This document shows, piece by piece, positions 53,182-61,251 of a stretch of DNA of 64,000 nucleotides. The DNA is from an uncultured Candidatus Bathyarchaeia archaeon (GTDB lineage Archaea > Thermoproteota > Bathyarchaeia > 40CM-2-53-6), in assembly GCA_964598845.1 (NCBI GenBank), contig CAZRDM010000010.1:9431-73430 (forward strand), given 5' to 3'. Numbering within the stretch: the first letter of the stretch is position 1; each line of letters opens with the position of its first letter. The notes beneath the pieces were generated by a model, which saw nothing but the letters and a program-made list of their open reading frames with translations, was not told the origin of the DNA and did no database searches. The position numbers and the translations under genes are program-made.

Positions 53182-53937
53182 ATGAAAGCGGCGTTCCTCG
53201 TGATCCTCGTAGTCGTAACCTATGGGGTTACAGTCACTGCTTTCTGGATGACCTCTCCTAAGAGCTTGACAATCTATCCCAGCATGGATAGTTACAGTTG
53301 GCAATCTATCCCGCACGCCAATAACGGCGGTTCCAACAATTTCGAGATAACTTCGGCAAGTCAAGAGTTGAATAAGAACATGAGAGGATGGTTAGCCTTC
53401 AACATCTCAGCTATCCCGTCCGGTATTTGGGTCATCAACGCCGAGCTACGCCTGAGGATATGGCACAAAACTACAAGCGAGCCATCCGAGCTGATTGGAG
53501 ATAGCACTGGTCGAATATACGCGGTCTATCGTTTGACGCAGCCTTGGACAGAATATGGAATAACTTGGGCAAATCAACCAGCCTACACCGAAGAACACCA
53601 TACGACCGCCGCTGTCCCACCCGGTCAAGGTGGGTGGGAGGGTCCGATACTCTGGATGGAATGGGACATACCGGACATTGTGAAGGATTGGCTTTCGGGA
53701 GCAGGCAACTACGGAGTCTTGGTTCGCGATATGCAAGAGAACTCTACGATACTCTACTCCACTCAATTCTTCACGCGCGACCAAGTTCCGAACTCTGGAT
53801 ACTATCCAAGACTCATTGTAACCTATGTAACTCCACAGGAAGTAGCCCTTTTCAGTATCGTCCTGATCCTAGAAGGATTCCTTATCATCAGTATCTGGCG
53901 AAGGAGAGAAAGTCCACGTGCACAGTCAGAAGTGTGA
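53182..53937 (+). CDS. Membrane-anchored DNRLRE-like domain protein
   Basis: N-terminal TM, the pattern AELRLRIW...YRLTQPWTEYGITWANQP typical of DNRLRE-type carbohydrate-binding modules, and a C-terminal TM followed by RRR. Confidence 0.55.
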   Translation: MKAAFLVILVVVTYGVTVTAFWMTSPKSLTIYPSMDSYSWQSIPHANNGGSNNFEITSASQELNKNMRGWLAFNISAIPSGIWVINAELRLRIWHKTTSEPSELIGDSTGRIYAVYRLTQPWTEYGITWANQPAYTEEHHTTAAVPPGQGGWEGPILWMEWDIPDIVKDWLSGAGNYGVLVRDMQENSTILYSTQFFTRDQVPNSGYYPRLIVTYVTPQEVALFSIVLILEGFLIISIWRRRESPRAQSEV

Positions 53938-53946
53938 TGATGCTAG

Positions 53947-54945
53947 ATGGGTCGTTTGGCTGAGGGAGCTAGAAACGCAGTAGAAGTCTGTATGGCGGTC
54001 AAACGAGGAGAACATGTACTGATTCTGACCGACCGAGAAACTATCGAAGTTGGAGAAGCCATTCGGGATGCAGCCGAGGAGGCATCCGGAAGCAACGTGA
54101 AATTGCTCATAATGGAAGACTACACGGACCGACCGGCAAGGGAACTACCTAAGCCTGTTCTTGGGATGATTCCTTGGGCGGATGTCACCTTCTACGCTGC
54201 CCGGAGCAAACCCGGAGAACTCGCAATCCGAGAACCCTTCATTCGAACGGCAGTAAGGTACGCGCGGCACGCACACATGCCCAACATCACAAGGGAACTG
54301 ATGGAAACCGGTATGTGCGCTGACTATCTGAAAATCTCAGACCTGACTAACAAGCTAGAGGCCGTGGTGAAGGGGCGCCGGAAAGCCAAGGTCACGAACA
54401 ATGTTGGATCAGATCTTGATGCAGAGTTCAATTCTTCTTGGAAGTGGAAGGTCTCTGACGGATTGTACCATAAGAAAGGAATGTGGGGAAATCTTCCTGA
54501 GGGTGAGATTTACACAGCGGCCTACAGAGCAAATGGCACGATGATCATTGACGAACTCGGAGACTGGTTCAGCCCAAAGTACGGTGTGCTCACGAAAACA
54601 CCTGTGACTTTGACCGTAAAGGATTCACGAGTTGACCTATCCTCAGTCAAGTGTGGCAATGAACAGCTCAGGAAGGAATTCATTGAATACCTGAGCACAG
54701 ACCCTAACAGCAACCGTCTCGGCGAATTTGCGATAGGCACAAACATCTTCCTTGAACGCTTAACAGGCAACCTACTGCAGGATGAGAAATTCCCATCCGT
54801 CCACTGCGCCTTCGGCAACCCGTTCCCGGACGAAACTGGGGCTGATTGGAAATCGACCACACACGTAGACGGGATAATGCTAAAGTGCAGCATCTGGATG
54901 GATGGCAAACAGATAATGGATGAGGGCAAGCACTTAACCAAGTAA
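53947..54945 (+). CDS. M29-family aminopeptidase (aminopeptidase T/PepS-like)
   Basis: N-terminal ARNAVEVCMAVKRGEHVLILTD and C-terminal GEFAIGTN...HVD motifs. Confidence 0.75.
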   Translation: MGRLAEGARNAVEVCMAVKRGEHVLILTDRETIEVGEAIRDAAEEASGSNVKLLIMEDYTDRPARELPKPVLGMIPWADVTFYAARSKPGELAIREPFIRTAVRYARHAHMPNITRELMETGMCADYLKISDLTNKLEAVVKGRRKAKVTNNVGSDLDAEFNSSWKWKVSDGLYHKKGMWGNLPEGEIYTAAYRANGTMIIDELGDWFSPKYGVLTKTPVTLTVKDSRVDLSSVKCGNEQLRKEFIEYLSTDPNSNRLGEFAIGTNIFLERLTGNLLQDEKFPSVHCAFGNPFPDETGADWKSTTHVDGIMLKCSIWMDGKQIMDEGKHLTK

Positions 54946-55056
54946 CCGAATCTTTATCCAGTGAAATTCTGACACGCGGACTAGCAACCCAACGAAAGCA
55001 ATAAGTAAGGACTTTCGTTATCACACCAGTCCTTCATCGGGTTTGAGGAAATTATC

Positions 55057-56847
55057 GTGTCAGCATTCAGAGCTGGGAAAATTGAGCGAGTAGCAGGACC
55101 TGTCGTCGTAGCGTCTAACATGCTCGGTGCTCGCATGTATGAACTTGTCAAAGTCGGTAGCGCCGGACTAATTGGTGAGATAATCCGAGTAGAAGCTGAC
55201 ACAGCGACAATGCAAGTCTACGAGGAGACGACCGGAATCAAACCAGGCGAGACTGTGGAACGCACCGGAGCCCCGCTCTCCGTGGAGTTGGGACCAGGTC
55301 TAATTAACCAGTTCTTTGACGGAACTCAACGACCGCTTCCTATATTGCTGGATAAGGCAGGAGCATTCATTCGCAGAGGAATATCCGCTCCCGCACTCGA
55401 CCGCGACAAGAAATGGAAATTCACACCTGGAGTGAACAAAGGAGATAAAGTGATTGGAGGCGACGCCCTCGGCGAAGTTCCCGAGACTGTTCTTGTTAAG
55501 CATCGAATCCTTGTTCCCCCCAATACTGCTGGCATTGTCAGGTCGATTGTTGGGAAGGACGAGTACACCTTAGACGATCCGATTGCAGAAATAGAGACCA
55601 ATCGTGGCGATGTCAAACTTTGTCTAGTGCAATCCTGGCCGGTTCGAATACCACGTCCTGTCCGCGAGAAGGTTCCTTCAGACACACCGCTGATAACCGG
55701 ACAGCGAATTATCGATTTCTTCTTCCCCATCTCGAAAGGGGGCACAGCCGCGATTCCAGGAGACTTCGGAACGGGCAAGACGATTATGCAACACCAGCTC
55801 GCGAAATGGGCTGATGCCGAGGTAATTGTCTACGTTGGTTGCGGTGAACGCGGCAATGAGATGACGGAGGTTCTTGAGACTTTCCCCGAGCTTAAGGACC
55901 CAAGGTCTGGGCAACCATTGATGGAGCGGACGATTCTCGTTGCAAACACCTCCAATATGCCCATCGCAGCGAGAGAAGCAAGCATGTACACGGGCGTCAC
56001 CTTGGCTGAATACTTCCGCGATATGGGATATGACGTAGCGCTCATGGCCGACTCTACGTCGCGTTGGGCTGAGGCATTGCGCGAGGTTTCGGGACGCTTG
56101 GAGGAAATGCCCGGTGAGGAAGGTTACCCAGCCTATTTGGCATCACGATTGGCGGAAATATATGAGAGAACGGGACGCGTGAAAGTGATAGGTACCGATG
56201 AGAACAAGCTCGGCTCAGTTTCAGCCGTCGGTGCAGTGTCTCCCTCCGGAGGAGACTTCTCAGAGCCGGTAACCCAGAACACACTTAGAATTGTGAAAGT
56301 CTTCTGGGCACTAAGCAAGCCGCTAGCCGAGCGGAGACACTTTCCCGCTATCGATTGGCTAACAAGCTACTCGTTGTACCTCGACTCGCTCGAGAATTGG
56401 TACAAGAGCCAGATGGGCCCCGAATGGTCCGCCCTACGAAAGGAAGCGATGGCGCTCCTTCAACGTGACGAGGAACTTCGCGAGATAGTCATGCTCGTAG
56501 GTCCTGACGCGCTCTCCGAGAGCCAGAGAGTCATTTTGGAAGCAGCTCGAATGATTAAGGAAGATTTCCTTATCCAGAGCGCCCTTCACCCCGTAGACAG
56601 CTACTGCTCTCCAGAGAAGACGTTTCGGCTAATGTGGTTGATCATGAAATTCTACGACAGAATGAAGAACGTAGTTGACAAAGGGATCTCTCTACAGCGC
56701 GCACTGGATCTGCCTGCAAAAGATGAGATTGCGCGAGCCAAGATACATCCCTCAGAAACCTTCGACCAACTTGCTGGAGGTCTCGAGGTCAAGATAGAAC
56801 AACAGTTCCAAGATCTGACCAAGGAAATCCTTGAAGTGGCCAAGTGA
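55057..56847 (+). CDS. atpA: A/V-type ATP synthase subunit A
   Basis: Walker [16 protein letters not shown] and SRWAEALRE. The length of 596 aa indicates no intein. Confidence 0.95.
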   Translation: MSAFRAGKIERVAGPVVVASNMLGARMYELVKVGSAGLIGEIIRVEADTATMQVYEETTGIKPGETVERTGAPLSVELGPGLINQFFDGTQRPLPILLDKAGAFIRRGISAPALDRDKKWKFTPGVNKGDKVIGGDALGEVPETVLVKHRILVPPNTAGIVRSIVGKDEYTLDDPIAEIETNRGDVKLCLVQSWPVRIPRPVREKVPSDTPLITGQRIIDFFFPISKGGTAAIPGDFGTGKTIMQHQLAKWADAEVIVYVGCGERGNEMTEVLETFPELKDPRSGQPLMERTILVANTSNMPIAAREASMYTGVTLAEYFRDMGYDVALMADSTSRWAEALREVSGRLEEMPGEEGYPAYLASRLAEIYERTGRVKVIGTDENKLGSVSAVGAVSPSGGDFSEPVTQNTLRIVKVFWALSKPLAERRHFPAIDWLTSYSLYLDSLENWYKSQMGPEWSALRKEAMALLQRDEELREIVMLVGPDALSESQRVILEAARMIKEDFLIQSALHPVDSYCSPEKTFRLMWLIMKFYDRMKNVVDKGISLQRALDLPAKDEIARAKIHPSETFDQLAGGLEVKIEQQFQDLTKEILEVAK

Positions 56848-56857
56848 GGCAGAATAC

Positions 56858-58258
56858 ATGTCAGTGGTGGTTAGAGAGTACTCGACAGTTGACCGGATCT
56901 CAGGACCACTTCTCTTTGTACACAACGTGAGAGGGGTCGGGTTCGGCGAATTGGTCAGGATTCGGACACCGACCGGAGAGGAAAGAAGAGGGCAAGTTCT
57001 TGAGATTCGGAGCGATATGGCTGTCGTGCAGGTCTTCGAGGGCACCTCTGGATTAGACGTTTCTTCGACAGCCGTTCGCTTCGTCGGTGAGACCCTTAGA
57101 CTTCCCGTCTCAAGTGATCTACTTGGAAGAGTACTCGACGGAAGCGGGAACCCAATAGATGGCGGACCGCGCATTCTTCCTGAAGATTACTGGGAGGTAC
57201 ACGGCGCACCTATCAATCCATACGCCCGGACATATCCCAGAGAGTTCATACAAACGGGGATTTCAGCCATCGACGGCATGAACACCCTCGTGAGAGGACA
57301 GAAGCTTCCATTGTTCTCTGGCGCAGGCCTGCCACACAATCGGGTGGCCGCCCAAGTTGCACGCCAAGCGAGGGTCAGAGGAACAGAGGAACCATTCTCA
57401 ACGGTCTTCGCAGCTATAGGGATCACGGCGGATGAGGCCAGATTCTTTCGAGAGGACTTCGAGAGACAGGGGGCCTTCGAACACGTCACGATGTTCGTCA
57501 ATCTTGCAGATGACCCGGCGATCGAACGAATTCTGACACCACGAATGGCCCTTACCGCGGCGGAATATTTCGCCTTCAAGCTAGACATGCACGTTCTGGT
57601 TATCCTCACCGACATGACCAATTACGCCGAGGCTCTGCGTGAGATTTCTGCAGCAAGGGAAGAAGTCCCGGGACGGAGAGGTTACCCTGGTTATCTTTAC
57701 ACCGACCTAGCCACCATCTACGAACGCGCCGGGAGAGTACACAAGGCCAAAGGTTCAATCACACAGATGCCAATCTTGACCATGCCCCATGATGATATCA
57801 CGCACCCGATTCCCAACCTAACGGGTTACATTACAGAGGGCCAGTTGATAGTTGACCGTGGACTTTACAGGAAAGGTGTCTTTCCCCCTGTCGATGTATC
57901 TCCATCCCTTTCGCGACTGATGCGGGAGGGAATCGGAAAGGAAAGAACTCGGCAAGACCACCGTGAGGTTTCAGACCAACTCTACTACGCATATGCTGAG
58001 GGACGAGCGTTCAGGGATCTCGTGGCGGTCGTCGGAGAAGAGGCACTTTCCGCCAGAGACAAGATATACCTAAGGTTCGCCGATGAGTTTGAACGACGCT
58101 TCGTAAACCAAGGCGAATATGAGAACCGCGACATCGAAAAGACGCTTGACCTAGGATGGGAGCTACTTGCGATGCTACCTGAGAGTGAGCTGAAACGTGT
58201 TGACCCTGCCACAATCAAACAATTCCACCCCAAGTACCGGACTGGGACAGGAAGCTGA
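56858..58258 (+). CDS. atpB: A/V-type ATP synthase subunit B
   Basis: Typical B-subunit sequence ([14 protein letters not shown]..., [29 protein letters not shown]). The ATG at 56858 follows GAGGC and the atpA stop. Confidence 0.95.
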   Translation: MSVVVREYSTVDRISGPLLFVHNVRGVGFGELVRIRTPTGEERRGQVLEIRSDMAVVQVFEGTSGLDVSSTAVRFVGETLRLPVSSDLLGRVLDGSGNPIDGGPRILPEDYWEVHGAPINPYARTYPREFIQTGISAIDGMNTLVRGQKLPLFSGAGLPHNRVAAQVARQARVRGTEEPFSTVFAAIGITADEARFFREDFERQGAFEHVTMFVNLADDPAIERILTPRMALTAAEYFAFKLDMHVLVILTDMTNYAEALREISAAREEVPGRRGYPGYLYTDLATIYERAGRVHKAKGSITQMPILTMPHDDITHPIPNLTGYITEGQLIVDRGLYRKGVFPPVDVSPSLSRLMREGIGKERTRQDHREVSDQLYYAYAEGRAFRDLVAVVGEEALSARDKIYLRFADEFERRFVNQGEYENRDIEKTLDLGWELLAMLPESELKRVDPATIKQFHPKYRTGTGS

Positions 58259-58924
58259 ATGCCCGAGCTCATTGCTGGTGTTCACCCAACCCGAATGGAA
58301 CTATTGACGCTGAGGAAAAGGCGCAATATAGCAGAAAGAGGTCGCGATCTCCTAAGAGAGAAACTTGATGCATTAATGCTGGAATTCTTCCAGTTCGTCC
58401 GCGAGATCTCCGCCCTTAGAGCGAAGGCACAAGAACTTCTGTCTCAAGCGTACGATAGCTTCGTGGAAGCCCAGATGGCGATGGGCTACATGAAGCTTGT
58501 ACAATCGTCCATAGGCGTTGAGGACAGGTTCTCGACAGAATCGAAGTCTCGGAATGTGATAGGCGTCACGATACCCTACATACAGGTGAACGTCAAACCT
58601 CTCACGGAATTTCCCTACAGCCTCTATGATACCTCAGCGAAACTCGATGAAGCCACCTTGAAGATGGCAGATGCGATCAAGGCTATTGCGGAACTCTCCA
58701 GCGCTGAGGCCGCCGTGAGAAAGCTCGCGGAAGCAATCGCGGCCACCAAGAGGCGCGTCAATTCATTGGAATACGTGGTCATCCCCCGCATGCTCAGCAC
58801 CATTCGGTACATCGAGATGCACTTAGAAGAGGCCGAGCGAGAGGACTTCTTCCGATTGAAGAGAATCAAGAGCAGAATGGCGAAGGCTGAAGCCAAGAGA
58901 GAACTTCAGATTCCCGCAGCCTAA
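58259..58924 (+). CDS. atpD: A/V-type ATP synthase subunit D
   Basis: HPTRMELLTLRKR at the N-terminus and coiled-coil content. The junction with atpB is TGAATG. Confidence 0.9.
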   Translation: MPELIAGVHPTRMELLTLRKRRNIAERGRDLLREKLDALMLEFFQFVREISALRAKAQELLSQAYDSFVEAQMAMGYMKLVQSSIGVEDRFSTESKSRNVIGVTIPYIQVNVKPLTEFPYSLYDTSAKLDEATLKMADAIKAIAELSSAEAAVRKLAEAIAATKRRVNSLEYVVIPRMLSTIRYIEMHLEEAEREDFFRLKRIKSRMAKAEAKRELQIPAA

Positions 58925-58941
58925 GCGCCAAGATCCGCAAC

Positions 58942-59322
58942 CTAGGAAGACTGGCCTTTCAGGAGAAGTATCGCTCGGGCAAGGTCACCTCGCGCCTCAA
59001 TAAGGGCCTTCCTCGATTCTTCCAGAGTCTTGCCAGTTTGTTGGGCTACTAATTCGACATCCGCTTCAGGCGTAGTCTCATTTTCTACCCGAGCGGCTGA
59101 CTCGGAGACACGGCCATCAGCTATTTGGTACATCTTCTGCCCCTGAACTGTAACCAGAGTAACGTTGGGTGCTTCGATGATTATGTCTTTGGAGGGGGTC
59201 TTTATGATGACCTTTGTGACATCAGGCAGTTCATCCACCTTCATGCCCATCTTCTGCATCATTCTCGTTGCGTCGCGTCCACTGGGAACGCCGCGTGCTG
59301 CCTTGAGAGCCTTGTAGGCCAA
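58942..59322 (-). CDS. nac: Nascent polypeptide-associated complex protein (NAC domain + UBA)
   Basis: RMMQKMGMKVDEL..., a NAC beta-barrel, and a C-terminal UBA-like EESRKALIEARGDLARAILLL. Confidence 0.85.
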   Translation of the reverse strand: MAYKALKAARGVPSGRDATRMMQKMGMKVDELPDVTKVIIKTPSKDIIIEAPNVTLVTVQGQKMYQIADGRVSESAARVENETTPEADVELVAQQTGKTLEESRKALIEARGDLARAILLLKGQSS

Positions 59323-59380
59323 TCTTTCTCAACGCCTCAAGTTTCAGCTCTCGAATACAATAAGAATATCGGCCTTCAGT

Positions 59381-60931
59381 CTACCTCAGTCCTGAGACAG
59401 ATTCAATGGCTTCCAAGATAGCTCCATCAGTAATCATTCTCGCAACGGCTTCGATGTCTGATGACATCGGGCGGTCTTCTCGGAGCATAGGAACCTTCTC
59501 TCGGATTTTCTCATACAGCAATCTCGTCCCCTTGCCGCATTTGTCGGGACCTCTAAAGTCGAGACCCTGCGTTGCACAGATCAGTTCAATCGCGATAGCT
59601 CTTTGAGCGTTCTGGAGAATTGTCCTCGCTTTGAGCGCTGCGGTCGCACTCATGCTGACGAAATCCTCCATGTTGCCAGATGTTGGTATCGTGTCAACGG
59701 TAGCTGGGTGAGCTAGGACTTTGTTCTCTGAAGCAAGCGCGGCCGCCGTGTACTGCAGGGCCATTAAGCCAGAATGCAATCCCTCCAACCCTTTAGCTCC
59801 AACTAAGAAAGGAGGGAGACCATTACTCAGGTCTGCGTCAAGTAATCTAAATACTCGCCTTTCAGAAAGATTCGCGATCATCGAGAGAGCTATGGAAATG
59901 AAGTCCATCGCCATTCCCACAGGCTGACCGTGAAAGTTACCACCTGATAGAACATCCGGACCGTCTAGGAATACTAGCGGATTATCAGTGGCAGAGTTAA
60001 TTTCAACCTCCACAAGTCTCCGAGCGAAAGCAACAGCCTCCCGAGCAGCACCAAGAACCTGAGGAGCACACCTCAACGAATATGCATCCTGCGCAGGCTC
60101 ATGCTCTGCACTCACCTTTTCTTTGACAAGCCTACTTTCTCTGATCATCGAGCGAATGTTATACGCAGAATCGATCTGGCCTTTGAAAGGTCTTGCCTCA
60201 TGAATCCTGGGATCAAGAGGTTGAACGGACCCGAGTAAAGCTTCAAGTGTAGACGCCATGGCGACATCGGCGATCTTGACCAGTTGCTCAGCATCATGCA
60301 CCACCAAGACTGCTAAGGCAGTAGACATCTGTGTCCCATTGTTCAGCGCAAGCCCCTCCTTCATAGTCAGTGAAAGTGGCATCCGTCCAACCTCCTTGAG
60401 GACCTGCATTGCAGACATCGTCTTTCCATGAAACTCAACTGAACCCTCGCCCATAAGTGCCAGTGACATGTGTGACAACGGAGCAAGGTCCCCACTCGCT
60501 CCAACAGACCCCCTTGACGGAATCAGAGGGTGGATACATTCGTTCAGAAAATCCTTAATCAACAACGCGACGACTGGTCGAATTCCCGAAAGCCCTTTTG
60601 CCAACGTATTTAGACGAAGAAGCATCAATGCACGTACAACGTCCGTGGGAAGATCTTCGCCAATGCCACAGGCATGACTTCTTATGAGATTCGTTTGGAG
60701 CTGAGTTGCTTGATCCAAGGTGATCCTTGTTTCACTCAGTGCTCCGAATCCAGTTGTGACTCCGTAGATCGTCACGCCATCGTGGGCGAGACGTTCAAGA
60801 GCGAGGCGCGATTTCTCGATATTTTCCAGCGCATCCTTTGAAATTTCAACTCGAGCCTTCGCCCGCGCTACTCTGACGACATCTTCTATCGTCAGTGAAG
60901 ACCCGTTGACGATGATCGTTTCATCCGACAT
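59381..60931 (-). CDS. hutH: Histidine ammonia-lyase (aromatic amino acid lyase family, MIO-forming ASG)
   Basis: GSVGASGDLAPLSH (MIO triad ASG), YGVTTGFG and NxDNPLV-like motifs. Confidence 0.85.
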   Translation of the reverse strand: MSDETIIVNGSSLTIEDVVRVARAKARVEISKDALENIEKSRLALERLAHDGVTIYGVTTGFGALSETRITLDQATQLQTNLIRSHACGIGEDLPTDVVRALMLLRLNTLAKGLSGIRPVVALLIKDFLNECIHPLIPSRGSVGASGDLAPLSHMSLALMGEGSVEFHGKTMSAMQVLKEVGRMPLSLTMKEGLALNNGTQMSTALAVLVVHDAEQLVKIADVAMASTLEALLGSVQPLDPRIHEARPFKGQIDSAYNIRSMIRESRLVKEKVSAEHEPAQDAYSLRCAPQVLGAAREAVAFARRLVEVEINSATDNPLVFLDGPDVLSGGNFHGQPVGMAMDFISIALSMIANLSERRVFRLLDADLSNGLPPFLVGAKGLEGLHSGLMALQYTAAALASENKVLAHPATVDTIPTSGNMEDFVSMSATAALKARTILQNAQRAIAIELICATQGLDFRGPDKCGKGTRLLYEKIREKVPMLREDRPMSSDIEAVARMITDGAILEAIESVSGLR

Positions 60932-61168
60932 GACTCTTCCTCACGGCCGCTCTATCCTGGGTACTAGTGTTTGAATGTGTTTGTCAACTGGCAAGAACAG
61001 ATGCATCGTATCCGTCCAATCTTTTCTTGAAACCATGAGTTCTCTGCGCATCCGAGGAAGTCGAGGATACCAGCAGCAAGCAGAGCCTCCAGCGTTTTCA
61101 AGAGCCGCTTTGAACCGTACTGTTGGCTTCTAGACTTTCGTACCCTGTGCAGAGACGTGCGCGAAGGT

Positions 61169-61177
61169 ATTTATATA
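61169..61177 (+). promoter_or_regulatory. TATA-like box (ATTTATATA) upstream of the S8 protease gene, followed by a TACGCC-CTAA-GGCGTA hairpin or palindrome
   Basis: A strong AT box about 80 nt upstream of the ATG at 61252. The adjacent inverted repeat has perfect 6-bp arms. Confidence 0.35.
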
Positions 61178-61251
61178 CGCCCTAAGGCGTACGACCGAAA
61201 AAACATCTGTTCGGTGCCATCTTTGGGCAATCCACCGCTTGAGAAGCTGCG

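Noticed and set aside
55057-56847. Check for an intein in the ATPase A subunit.
   Set aside because: At 596 aa, with Walker A and downstream motifs at their normal spacing, there is no inserted block.
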